This document shows positions 50,914-60,283 of a stretch of 64,000 nt of DNA, in pieces. Location: contig CAWAXX010000025.1 of assembly GCA_963786105.1 (NCBI GenBank), positions 20,737-84,736 on the forward strand, read 5' to 3'. The notes beneath the pieces are model-generated. The model was not told where the DNA came from, ran no database searches, and saw only the letters and a program-made list of their open reading frames with translations. The DNA comes from Vulcanimicrobiota bacterium (lineage in GTDB: Bacteria > Vulcanimicrobiota > Vulcanimicrobiia > Vulcanimicrobiales > Vulcanimicrobiaceae). Positions within the stretch are counted from its first letter, which is position 1. Every line of letters starts with the position of its first letter. The translations under genes and the position numbers were made by a program.

Positions 50914-51282
50914 ATGATGGTGTCTGCGTTAGTGTTGGCAGCAGCGGTTTCGGGACCGGTTACCCGCTTGGTCGTCGAGCCATGGACCGGCACAAACCTG
51001 GCGACCGCGACGAGCACCGCCGTGAAGTATCGCCTGCGCGTCATCGGCGCGCCGAATGCGACGCTACAACTGCGAGCCGACGCCGTGGCGAAAGGATGGC
51101 TGGCGGCGTTCTGCACGCCGAAGGTCTGCGCGCCGGTGCGCGTCGACGTGACGCTTCCGCAGTCCGGCCAGGCCGTCTATCAGTTCGAGCTCATTCGCGA
51201 GGACGCCGGCGGTCCCGCGCAGAGCGGCGCACGCATCACCAGCGACGACGGCGCGACCATTAGTATCCCCGCGTTGCCCTGA
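50914..51282 (+). CDS. Small secreted hypothetical protein (beta-rich, CxxxxC)
   Basis: GAGG RBS, hydrophobic N-terminus, GWLAAFCTPKVC. Confidence 0.6.
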   Translation: MMVSALVLAAAVSGPVTRLVVEPWTGTNLATATSTAVKYRLRVIGAPNATLQLRADAVAKGWLAAFCTPKVCAPVRVDVTLPQSGQAVYQFELIREDAGGPAQSGARITSDDGATISIPALP

Positions 51283-51292
51283 TCGAAGAAAT

Positions 51293-52132
51293 TCAACGTA
51301 GGAAGAACGGGTTGTGCGCCTTTTCGAGCGCCACGGTGGTGGGCGGACCGTGTCCGGGCATCACCACGGTGTCGTCGGGCAGGGTAAAGATCTTGCTGCG
51401 CACGCTGTTGAGGATATCGTGGTACGTGCTCGCGTCGCCGTATGCCCCGCCAACGCTGGCTGCAAACAGGGTGTCCCCGGTGAAGACCGTCGAGCGGAAC
51501 AGGAACGAAGACGATCCGTCGGTGTGCCCGGGCGTATGGAGCATGCGGATTCGGACGTCGCCGAACGGAAGGTCGTCGCCGTCCTTCACCCGCAGGGCTG
51601 TGCTCGCGAGCGGCCCAATGGCGTGCGCGTCGAGCGCGTGCATCACGATCTTGGCCGCGGGGAACGCGGACGCGACGTCGGCGGTGGCATCGCAGTGATC
51701 GGCGTGCTTGTGCGTGATGAGGATGTACTCTAGCCCATAGTCTCCGTCGCGGAGCACGCGCAGCAGGTTCCCCGGAATGCCGGCGGGATCGACGAGAGCC
51801 GCCCGGCGTCCGCCGTCGAGGAAGAAGACGTAGCCGTTGCTAGGGTGCGGTTTTTGCGGGTGATGCCGCACGTCCGGCAGCGCGATCGCCGGCGGATGCC
51901 AGCGCGCAAGGGCCACGTCGGCGAGCTTGCCGGGATCGAGCCGAAGAGCCCGGGCAACGGCACGCGCCTGCGCTTCGTCGGGAGCGCCGGCGTCCTTCAG
52001 CCACAGCTCGATTGCGGCGGCATCGATGCCGGCGGACGACGCCAGGTGCGCGGTGGCGGCGTGCGTTCCGCGCATCGCCTTGCGCAAGATGTCGCCGAAG
52101 GTATCTTCCAACGGCAACGGTTCGCCGGCCAT
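51293..52132 (-). CDS. MBL-fold metallo-hydrolase with an N-terminal XRE-like HTH
   Basis: LEDTFGDILRKAMRG HTH; THKHADH, TPGHT, GDTLF, PGHG. Confidence 0.87.
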   Translation of the reverse strand: MAGEPLPLEDTFGDILRKAMRGTHAATAHLASSAGIDAAAIELWLKDAGAPDEAQARAVARALRLDPGKLADVALARWHPPAIALPDVRHHPQKPHPSNGYVFFLDGGRRAALVDPAGIPGNLLRVLRDGDYGLEYILITHKHADHCDATADVASAFPAAKIVMHALDAHAIGPLASTALRVKDGDDLPFGDVRIRMLHTPGHTDGSSSFLFRSTVFTGDTLFAASVGGAYGDASTYHDILNSVRSKIFTLPDDTVVMPGHGPPTTVALEKAHNPFFLR

Positions 52133-52206
52133 GCGCGCGATGTTCACGCCTACGGCGCACATGTCTTGCAACCGGAACGTCAACGGCCGCGGTCGAAGCG
52201 GGCGGT

Positions 52207-53145
52207 ATGGAACGCATGATCATCATCGGGTCCGGTCCGGCCGGACTGACCGCCGCCGTGTATGCAGCCCGGGCAAATCTCGCCCCGCTCGTCTTTGCCG
52301 GCGGTCTGTATGGTGGGCAGCTCATGCTGACGACCGACGTAGAAAACTACCCCGGTTTCCCCGAAGGCATCATGGGACCCGATTTGATGGTTCGCTTCCG
52401 CGAGCAGGCCGAGCGGTTCGGGGCCCGCGTGGAAAACGTCGACGCGACGTCGGTCGACTTCGCGAGATCGCCGCTCGTGGTTCGTACCGACGACGGCGAG
52501 CATCAGGCCAAGACGGTCATCGTCGCGACGGGTGCCAGCGCACGCTGGCTCGACGTTCCGGGAGAGACGCGTCTGCGCGGTCGCGGGGTTTCGACTTGCG
52601 CGACGTGCGACGGCGCTTTTTTCCGCGACAAGCACATCGTCGTCGTCGGCGGCGGTGACTCGGCAATGGAGGAGGCGCTTTTCTTGACGCGTTTCGGACG
52701 TCGCGTCACCGTCATGCACCGGCGCGGCTCGCTACGGGCCAGCAAGATCATGGCCGATCGGGCCCAGTCGCACGAGAAGATCGACTTCATGTGGCATACC
52801 GTCGTCGAAGAAGTCTTGGGCGAAACTCACATGAAGGGCTTGCGCGTTCGCAACCTTATCGATGACAGCACGTTCGATTTCGATGCCGACGCGTTGTTCG
52901 TTGCGATCGGTCACACGCCCAATACCGGCATCTTCCAAGGCCAGCTCGATCTCGACGAAGCCGGGTACATTAGTTCGCCGGACGGAACCTCGACCAACGT
53001 GGACGGCGTCTTCGTCGCCGGCGACGTCAACGACGTTCGCTACAAGCAGGCCGTGACCGCAGCCGGTGCCGGCTGCCGCGCGGCAATGGACGCCGAAAAG
53101 TACCTGGAAGCGATGGAGTTTGTGGTGGCGGGGCTACGCCAGTAA
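52207..53145 (+). CDS. trxB: Thioredoxin-disulfide reductase
   Basis: GSGPAG, ENYPGF, CATCDG, GGGDSA.EEA, HRR, QAVTAAG.GC.AA. Confidence 0.96.
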   Translation: MERMIIIGSGPAGLTAAVYAARANLAPLVFAGGLYGGQLMLTTDVENYPGFPEGIMGPDLMVRFREQAERFGARVENVDATSVDFARSPLVVRTDDGEHQAKTVIVATGASARWLDVPGETRLRGRGVSTCATCDGAFFRDKHIVVVGGGDSAMEEALFLTRFGRRVTVMHRRGSLRASKIMADRAQSHEKIDFMWHTVVEEVLGETHMKGLRVRNLIDDSTFDFDADALFVAIGHTPNTGIFQGQLDLDEAGYISSPDGTSTNVDGVFVAGDVNDVRYKQAVTAAGAGCRAAMDAEKYLEAMEFVVAGLRQ

Positions 53146-53982
53146 GTTCTCCAGAGCGCCCACGAGCGTCGGATAGGCGAACGAGTAGCCCCGCTCTTGC
53201 GTGATTCGCTTCGGAAGCACGCGCTGGCCCTCGATCGCTACCTGGGCTCCTTCACCGAGCAGCAGCTCTAGGGCCATCCGGGGAACCGGAAGCACCACCG
53301 GACGGTGCAGTACGGCGCCGAGCGCCAGCGTAAACTCCGCGTTGGTGACCGGATTGGGCGCGGTCGCGTTGAACGGTCCGTCGCCCCCGTCCAGGGCGCT
53401 GAGGTAGACGCCCACCGCGTCGTCGATGTGGATCCACGAATACCACTGCTTCCCGCTTGCGATCACGCCTCCAACGCCCAATCGAAACGGCGGCAACATT
53501 CTGGCGAGCGCACCGCCGTCGTTGCCGAGTGCCAAGCCGCTTCGCACGATAGCAACGCGCAGTCCGAGGTCGCGCGCCGCCGAAGCTTGACGTTCCCACG
53601 CGTCGCATATTTGAGCGAGAAAATTCGCACCCGGTGGATTCTCTTCGGTAAACGTTTCGGTTTCGCTCGTGCCGTAATATCCGATTGCCGATGCCGACAC
53701 GTACGTTTTGACGGCTCGCCTATCCACGCGCCCGAGCGCTTCGAGAAAGCGTCGCGGAAGTTCCGTGCGGCTGTACGCGATTGCGTGCTTGACGGTTTCG
53801 TTCCAGCGCCGGCCGAGGGGTTCGCCCGCGAGATTGACGATGGCGTCGCAGGTCGTCGCTTGGCCGGCGGCAGCCGTAGGATCGCGCAACGAGCTAGCGA
53901 CCACGCAGTCACCCCGCCGTTCGAGCGCCGCGCGAAGATGTCTGCCGACGAACCCTGAGGCGCCGAGAACGAGAACCTTCAC
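53134..53982 (-). CDS. TIGR01777/YfcH-like NAD-dependent epimerase
   Basis: GASGFVG, VNLAGE, SAIGYYG, C.AWE, SWIHIDD, GQRVLP. Confidence 0.9.
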   Translation of the reverse strand: MKVLVLGASGFVGRHLRAALERRGDCVVASSLRDPTAAAGQATTCDAIVNLAGEPLGRRWNETVKHAIAYSRTELPRRFLEALGRVDRRAVKTYVSASAIGYYGTSETETFTEENPPGANFLAQICDAWERQASAARDLGLRVAIVRSGLALGNDGGALARMLPPFRLGVGGVIASGKQWYSWIHIDDAVGVYLSALDGGDGPFNATAPNPVTNAEFTLALGAVLHRPVVLPVPRMALELLLGEGAQVAIEGQRVLPKRITQERGYSFAYPTLVGALENLLA

Positions 53983-55304
53983 TATGCCGTCGCGGGAACG
54001 CGAGCCTCGGAGCCGACGATCGCTTCGAGTTCTTCGATGCCTTTGGGAATCGCGGCCGTGAGATTTTCGTTTCCGCCGTCGGTAACCAGGATGTCGTCTT
54101 CGATGCGAATCCCAATCCCTTTGAAGCGTTCGTCGCAGTCGAGATCGCGGTGAACGTAAATGCCCGGCTCGACGGTCGTCACCATGCCCGGCCGGAATTT
54201 TACCGGCCGGTCGTCGGCATCGCGATACGGTCCAGCGTCGTGGACGTCGAGTCCAAGCCAGTGGCCAGTGCCGTGCATGAAATAATCCCGATACCGTTCC
54301 CGCTCGAGGTTTTCGTCGAGCGAACCGTTCAGCAGCCCCAAATCGATAAGCCCCTCGGTTGTGGTGCGTACGGCCGCGTTGTGGAATTCGTTGCGCGCGA
54401 TGCCGGGCCCGACCCGGTCGATGGCCGCTTGCTGGGCCGCGAGCACGATCGCGTAGAGCGCTCGCTGCTCGGGCGTGAATCTCCCGTCGATCGGCCACGT
54501 GCGGCTGACGTCGCTGGCATAACAGTCGAGCTCGCAGCCGGAATCGATGAGGAGCAACGCGCCGGATTCCAGGCGATCGCGATTGGCGACGTAGTGGAGG
54601 ACGGTGGCGTTGTCGCCGGATGCGACGATCGACTCGTACGCAGTGCTTTGAGCTCCGCCGCGACGGTACTCGCTTTCGAGAATGGCCTGAATCTCGTATT
54701 CGTAAATTCCGGGACGCGTCTGGCGCATGGCGGCGACGTGGCCGGCGCGAGTGACGGCAGCGCCTCGGCGCAGGATGGCGATTTCATCTTCGCCTTTGAT
54801 CGCGCGCATCTCGTCGAGAACGAGCGACGGCTCGACGAACGTTTGAGGTGTCCGGCCGTGCCGGCGCGTCCGAACGCGCGCCGTTTCCAACGCTTCGCGC
54901 ACGACTCGATCGGTCTCGGCATCGCCGGCGAAGCCATAGTGAAGACTGGCGGCGCCGACGAGATAGTCAGGCAGCCGCGCGGCCAGTTCGTCGATCGGGT
55001 AGGCGGCGTCGACACCCAGCGCCTCGCGGGCGCGTTCGGGACCCAATCGCTTGCCGTCCCAGATCTCTTGCGCGCGATCGCGCTTGCGTAGGAACAGCAC
55101 GCAGCGTTCGTCGTCGCGCTCGGGTGCCAAGACGAGCAGTGCGTCGGGTTCGTCGAACCCCGTTAAGTAATGGAAATCCGAGTTTTGCCGGAAAGCGTAT
55201 GAAGAGTCGCCGCTACGATAGGTGGTTCGCGCGGAGGGAACGAGTGCGACGCCTCCCGCAAACGCCTGCAGCGCGCGAGCTCGCCGCTCTTGAAAAGTAT
55301 CCAT
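53982..55304 (-). CDS. pepP: Xaa-Pro aminopeptidase P
   Basis: FRQNSDF.YLTG, LHY, D.G.E...YASD, HG.GHWLGLDVHD, EPG, GIRIEDD. Confidence 0.94.
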   Translation of the reverse strand: MDTFQERRARALQAFAGGVALVPSARTTYRSGDSSYAFRQNSDFHYLTGFDEPDALLVLAPERDDERCVLFLRKRDRAQEIWDGKRLGPERAREALGVDAAYPIDELAARLPDYLVGAASLHYGFAGDAETDRVVREALETARVRTRRHGRTPQTFVEPSLVLDEMRAIKGEDEIAILRRGAAVTRAGHVAAMRQTRPGIYEYEIQAILESEYRRGGAQSTAYESIVASGDNATVLHYVANRDRLESGALLLIDSGCELDCYASDVSRTWPIDGRFTPEQRALYAIVLAAQQAAIDRVGPGIARNEFHNAAVRTTTEGLIDLGLLNGSLDENLERERYRDYFMHGTGHWLGLDVHDAGPYRDADDRPVKFRPGMVTTVEPGIYVHRDLDCDERFKGIGIRIEDDILVTDGGNENLTAAIPKGIEELEAIVGSEARVPATA

Positions 55305-55310
55305 CCTCGA

Positions 55311-55319
55311 ATTCTATCA
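55311..55319 (-). promoter_or_regulatory. Extended -10 element (TG-A-TAGAAT), probable leaderless internal promoter of pepP
   Basis: TGnTAGAAT ends 6 nt before ATG 55304. Confidence 0.45.
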
Positions 55320-55321
55320 GG

Positions 55322-56419
55322 CTATATCATTCGAAGCAATGACTCCGCCTCGCGCTGGAGGCCTTGCGCGTAGACCTTAGGGTGCGTCAAGTAGAAAAGC
55401 GCCATTACGCGTAGCACGAAGCGGTGCGGTGCCGGATCCGGGAGCGACGCGAAACCTCGCAGGGCTTCCCCGGCGAGCTCGCCGACGCGCCGCCGCATAT
55501 GCTCTTGGCCGGAGTACAGAGCGGCGAAGTTCAGCTCTCCGTGTTCCCGGTCTTCGGCTTGATCGATGTACGAGTCGAGCAAGATGTGAAGCGCGGCAAC
55601 CGACGGGAAGTACGCTTCGTAGGTTGCCGAAACGGCTCCATCTTGACCCGCCAGGTGCGCGAACAGCGGGGCGAACACTTGAAGCGACGAGCCGGCGGCA
55701 CAGGCGAATTCGTACCACGAGAGCCCGGCAAACCGTGCGTCGCTCCGCCGCGCGGACCACTCGATGCATGCCGCCTCGCGCCGGGCTGCCGGATAGTGCT
55801 TGTAGGTTTGCATTTCCGCATAGAGCATCGCGGCCTCCGAGAACGCCGCCAGCATCGTGCCGCTCTCGTCGAGGCATCTGAGCGAACGCTGCGTGCGAGC
55901 CACTAGGCGCGCCAAATAGCCGTTGTCGTCGCCGGAAGGGCCGAGCGCGTAGTAATCCCGGGGAGTCGCGAACGGATCGAGCGCATCGGCAATCGCCTGG
56001 TGCAGGACGGGATACGCTTCGACCGGCACGTCGGGATGCCGGTCGCAAAGATTGTCGAGATAGTCGTAGATCGATTCCAGGGGCGCGACGATCTCGACGT
56101 ACCGGCGAGCGGCGGTTGGCGGTAAAAACGTCGCCAGAATGCAGCCGCCGGCAACGTGGTAGGCCTTGGCATCGATGCTTCCCAGCGCCTCGTCGCGCAG
56201 TCGCGGATCGGGAATCGAGCGCGCGAGTGAGGCGATGCCTTCGAGTTCGAGCGACGCGTGCGGTACGATTCGCCGCAGGAAGCGCAGCAACGGGATCGGG
56301 ATCGCCGCGCCGTCGCCGAGAAGGAATCGCAAACGTGACGGACTGGCAAGCACGTGGCGGACGGCCCACGTGATCTCATCGTGCATCCCGCTCAGGATGA
56401 CGTGCTCAGATTCCGCCAA
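55322..56419 (-). CDS. Tetraprenyl-beta-curcumene synthase (YtpB/DUF2600) family
   Basis: IPDPRLR..AL.SI..K.YH..GG, DYLDNLCDR, WYEF.CA.GS.L, LHILLD..ID..ED...GELNF. Confidence 0.8.
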   Translation of the reverse strand: MAESEHVILSGMHDEITWAVRHVLASPSRLRFLLGDGAAIPIPLLRFLRRIVPHASLELEGIASLARSIPDPRLRDEALGSIDAKAYHVAGGCILATFLPPTAARRYVEIVAPLESIYDYLDNLCDRHPDVPVEAYPVLHQAIADALDPFATPRDYYALGPSGDDNGYLARLVARTQRSLRCLDESGTMLAAFSEAAMLYAEMQTYKHYPAARREAACIEWSARRSDARFAGLSWYEFACAAGSSLQVFAPLFAHLAGQDGAVSATYEAYFPSVAALHILLDSYIDQAEDREHGELNFAALYSGQEHMRRRVGELAGEALRGFASLPDPAPHRFVLRVMALFYLTHPKVYAQGLQREAESLLRMI

Positions 56420-57626
56420 CGAACCGTCCGGGGTTAAGCGTACGGTTCGGATCGAAGCGCAGCTTTAAGGCGTGCATGCGGTCGATAGAAGCAGGTACTT
56501 GCCCCCAGACGCGCAGGTACTCGCGGTGCGGGTGCGCGCTCGCGATTACCTGAGCCCCGGGTTGAATTTCGTGCAGGCCGTCGTCGAACGCCTCGATCTT
56601 TGCTCCCAGCGCGTGCATGTCGAGATCGCTCACGCGCGCGATGACGTCGCCGTTCATCAGATCGACAATCGCTTCGCAACGCAACGCGAAATGGCGCGCC
56701 CGCTCGCTAACCGATCGTGCGATCGCTTCCGAACGCTCGGGAAACGAGAAAATCCGGTAGGTGACCGAGCGTTCGCCGAGCGTCGCGACGTAGGCGTCGA
56801 CCGCGCGCTGAAACGACTCGCGTGCCCCCGCATCGACGATGCGCGTTTCGGGAACGCCCGCGCCGCCAAGTGCCGACCGCAGGTCGCGGGTCGCGCGTTC
56901 CAGCAGGGCGGCGCTGCCTTCCAAAAGGATCAACACCCGACCGTCGTCGCCCTCGTCGCCGTCAATGGCGTGATCGAATCCGTCGATCCAAAACGCGGCC
57001 GCGGGCCGGATCTTCAGCGACGCGATGTGCGCAAACGCTCTTGCGCGCGATCCTTCCGGAAGGCGTGCGAGAAAAACGCGCGCGTGCGGAGGCGCGACGA
57101 GCGCTTTCAGATTCGCTTGCACCAAAATTCCGAGCGTTCCGAAGGAACCCACGTAGAGCCGGCTCATGTCGTAACCCGCAACGTTCTTGACCACCATCCC
57201 TCCCGCGCGAGCCACCGTTCCGTCGGCCAATACCACGGTCGTGCCGATGACGTAGTCGCGCGGCCGCCCGTAAAGATGACGACGGGGGCCCAGCCAACCG
57301 GCGGAAAGCGTCCCGCCGAGGGTTGCGTACTGGGGTCGCGGCGCATCGAATGGGACGAACTGTCCGTGGACGGCCAGCGACGCGGCAACGGTTTGAATCG
57401 GCGTCCCGCATCGGACCGCCAGCGTCAAGTCCGCAGGCTCGTAGGAAGCAATGCCCGCGAAGCCGCCGGTTTCGATCGTGACGTCGGCGCGTTCGGGGGG
57501 ATACCCCATGCCGGACAGCGTGTTGCCGCCGACGATCAGGACTTTGCGACCGTCTGCATCGCACCGTGCAATCACATCGCTCAGATTCGCGATGCTTTTC
57601 GGAGCGGCGCGTTCCGTGGCGGTCAT
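56406..57626 (-). CDS. glcE: FAD-binding oxidase subunit, GlcE-like
   Basis: YEPADLT, ATLGG, GG.VVKNVAGYD, GSFGTLG, FDP...LNPGRF. Confidence 0.82.
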   Translation of the reverse strand: MTATERAAPKSIANLSDVIARCDADGRKVLIVGGNTLSGMGYPPERADVTIETGGFAGIASYEPADLTLAVRCGTPIQTVAASLAVHGQFVPFDAPRPQYATLGGTLSAGWLGPRRHLYGRPRDYVIGTTVVLADGTVARAGGMVVKNVAGYDMSRLYVGSFGTLGILVQANLKALVAPPHARVFLARLPEGSRARAFAHIASLKIRPAAAFWIDGFDHAIDGDEGDDGRVLILLEGSAALLERATRDLRSALGGAGVPETRIVDAGARESFQRAVDAYVATLGERSVTYRIFSFPERSEAIARSVSERARHFALRCEAIVDLMNGDVIARVSDLDMHALGAKIEAFDDGLHEIQPGAQVIASAHPHREYLRVWGQVPASIDRMHALKLRFDPNRTLNPGRFVGGI

Positions 57627-59044
57627 ACGGTTTCGACAGGAGGATCTGCCGGCGGTGTAACTTCGGCGCAACGCGTTCCGCTCGGAAAGATTTTTTCCGG
57701 ATTGAGAACTCGCATCGGATCGAACACATCACGAACCCGCGCCATGGTTGCCAGGTCGGCCGTGGAGTACACGTGGGTCATGGCATCACGCTTTTCGAAA
57801 CCGATTCCGTGCTCGCCGCTGATCGTTCCGCCGAGATCGATTGCCGCCTGGAGAATGGCGTTGCCGCTCTCAACGACGGCCGCCACCTGTCTGAGATCGC
57901 GCTTGTCGTACATAAGGAGCGGGTGAAGATTTCCATCGCCGGCATGGAACACGTTGCCGACGGTGATGCCATGAGCGGCCGTTGCTGCGTCGACCGCGCG
58001 CAGCGCTTGCGGTAGTTTGCTGCGCGGAACGCACACGTCTTGCGTGTAGTAGTTGGGAGCGATGCGGCCGGTCGCGCCGGCAGCGCCCTTGCGGCCTGCC
58101 CACAGCGCGTCGCGCTCGGCGGCGTTGGCGGCGCTTCGCCATGAGAGCGCGCCGTGGCCCCTAGCGATCGCCTCGATTGCGGCCTCGCACGCATCCATAT
58201 CGTCGGCGAATCCGGCGTTCTCGATCAGCAGCACGGCCGCCGCGTCGGTGGGATACCCGGCGTGAAAGGCCGCTTCGACGGCGCGCACGATGACCGTATC
58301 CATCATTTCGAGGGCGGTCGGTATTATGCCGGCGGCCACGATGGCCGAGACGGCTGCCGACGCGGAATCGACGTCGCCGAACGCCGCGAGCCAAACGCGC
58401 ACCGTCTCGGGAATCTGAAGCAGGCGCACCCATGCGGAGGTCACGATCCCGAGCGTTCCTTCGCTGCCCACTATGGCCGCCGTTAAGTCATATCCCGGGC
58501 CGTCGACGTCGGTCGCGAACACCTCGCCGCGCTCGTCAACGACTTCCAGACCGAGAACGTGGTTCACCGTCGTGCCGTAGGACAGACAGTGCGGACCTCC
58601 GGCGTTGGTTGCGATATTTCCGCCGATCGTCGAGATCTTTTGCGACGAGGGGTCGGGAGCGAAGAAGAGGCCGCTGGGAGCTGCGTATTTCGACACGTCG
58701 AGGTTGATCACGCCGGGTTGAACGCGCGCGCGCCGGTTGCGGACGTCAAGCTCGAGAATTCGGTTCATCCGCGCAAACGAAATCACGATCCCACCTTCGA
58801 CCGGTACGGATCCTCCGCAAAGTCCGGTTCCCGCACCGCGCGGGACGATCGGCTCGGCGCATGCGCGCGCGATCTTCACCACCGCACTGACGTCGCGTGC
58901 GTTCGACGGCAGCACGACGGCGGACGGTAGCCGTCCGTCGGTATAGGCGTCGAAAGCGTACACCGAAAGGTCCTCGACGGCGGTTTTCACCGCGTCGCCT
59001 CCGAGGGCATCGATCAGCCGTTGCTTTAGCGTGAGTGAAGACAC
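57623..59044 (-). CDS. glcD: FAD-linked oxidase subunit, GlcD-like
   Basis: PRGAGTGL.GG, PDPSS, NAGG.HCL.YG.T, HAGDGNLH, GEHGIG.EK, LNP.K. Confidence 0.85.
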   Translation of the reverse strand: MSSLTLKQRLIDALGGDAVKTAVEDLSVYAFDAYTDGRLPSAVVLPSNARDVSAVVKIARACAEPIVPRGAGTGLCGGSVPVEGGIVISFARMNRILELDVRNRRARVQPGVINLDVSKYAAPSGLFFAPDPSSQKISTIGGNIATNAGGPHCLSYGTTVNHVLGLEVVDERGEVFATDVDGPGYDLTAAIVGSEGTLGIVTSAWVRLLQIPETVRVWLAAFGDVDSASAAVSAIVAAGIIPTALEMMDTVIVRAVEAAFHAGYPTDAAAVLLIENAGFADDMDACEAAIEAIARGHGALSWRSAANAAERDALWAGRKGAAGATGRIAPNYYTQDVCVPRSKLPQALRAVDAATAAHGITVGNVFHAGDGNLHPLLMYDKRDLRQVAAVVESGNAILQAAIDLGGTISGEHGIGFEKRDAMTHVYSTADLATMARVRDVFDPMRVLNPEKIFPSGTRCAEVTPPADPPVETV

Positions 59045-60267
59045 TAGTACAATAAATACTTCGAGCGAAGCGCGCGAAAGTCGGCGAGTCGTTCGCTCCA
59101 GCCCGCGACGATGGCGTCGGCGGCTAATCCGTCGAGAATCCCGCGGCGAAGCGTCGACGTACCCCAATCACGATCGAGCGCGTCGGCCTTGATGTCGAGA
59201 ACGTGCGGAAAGAGCGTTCGAATCGCCACTAGAATTTCGACGGCAGTGCGAACCGGCACGAAGCGGCGGGGGGCGAATACCGCGAGCTCGACGCCGCCAA
59301 GCTCGCGGCCCTTCCAAAAACCGGCGATTGGAGCCCAGGCTGCCGGTCGAAACCACACGCCCGGAAGATTGCGCGCATTCAAAAAGGCCGCTAGGCGGGC
59401 GCCGTCGACGCCGGTCATTCCAGCCAAGAAAAAGGGCTTGGTGTACCCGGTCCCATTGTTAACTCCGGCGTTGTCGATCAAGCCGGTGCAGAGATAGACG
59501 AACGTGGTGAGCCACTCGGGAACGTTGGGAGAGGTTTGCACCCACTGCAACCCCGTATCGGACCAAATCATCGACCGTCGCCAGCCGTTCATCGCCACGA
59601 CTCGAAGTTTCGCGCCGATACCGAAGTGCTCGTTGAAAAGCCGCGCGAGCTCGCCGACCGTCATACCGTGGCGCATGGCGATCGGATAGAGGCCGATGAA
59701 CGACTCGAAAGCCGGCTCGAGCACGGGTCCTTCGACGACGTCACCGCCGACGGGATTGGGCCGATCGAGCACCCAGAACTCCTTGCCGAACGCTTTCGCG
59801 CTTTGCATCGCGTAAGCCATCGTCGAGATGTAGGTGTACGCGCGCGAACCGACGTCCTGTATGTCGAACAGCAAAACGTCGATCCCGCCGAGCATCTGCT
59901 CGCTGGGATGGCGCGACGCACCGTAGAGGCTGTACACGGGTAAACCCGATTGAGGATCGACGTACGAGCCCACCTGCGCGCCGGCCGGGCGATCGCCGCG
60001 CAAACCGTGTTCTGGGGCAAAGATTGCTTTCACCCGCACGTTTCCCTGATGCCGGATCGCGTCGACGATCGATTCAAAACGCGAAGTGACGCCGGACTGA
60101 TTGGCGATAATGCCGACGGTCCGCGAGCCGAGTTCGCGCCAGGTCGCACGCAGGAAGACTTCGTCGCCCAGCTCGATACCGGCGCGGGGCAGTTGCTCGG
60201 CCGGCGCACGCAGCGCGCCGAATGCCGCCGCGGCGGCGGCCGAAGCGACGAACGAGCTGCGCCGCAC
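59044..60267 (-). CDS. Exo-beta-N-acetylmuramidase NamZ (DUF1343) family with a Tat-like signal
   Basis: RRSSF N-terminus; PEHG, FDIQDVG.R.YTY, LDRPNP.GG, RHGMT.GELA, SPN.P. Confidence 0.88.
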   Translation of the reverse strand: MRRSSFVASAAAAAAFGALRAPAEQLPRAGIELGDEVFLRATWRELGSRTVGIIANQSGVTSRFESIVDAIRHQGNVRVKAIFAPEHGLRGDRPAGAQVGSYVDPQSGLPVYSLYGASRHPSEQMLGGIDVLLFDIQDVGSRAYTYISTMAYAMQSAKAFGKEFWVLDRPNPVGGDVVEGPVLEPAFESFIGLYPIAMRHGMTVGELARLFNEHFGIGAKLRVVAMNGWRRSMIWSDTGLQWVQTSPNVPEWLTTFVYLCTGLIDNAGVNNGTGYTKPFFLAGMTGVDGARLAAFLNARNLPGVWFRPAAWAPIAGFWKGRELGGVELAVFAPRRFVPVRTAVEILVAIRTLFPHVLDIKADALDRDWGTSTLRRGILDGLAADAIVAGWSERLADFRALRSKYLLY

Positions 60268-60283
60268 GGTGCTCGATCCGTTC

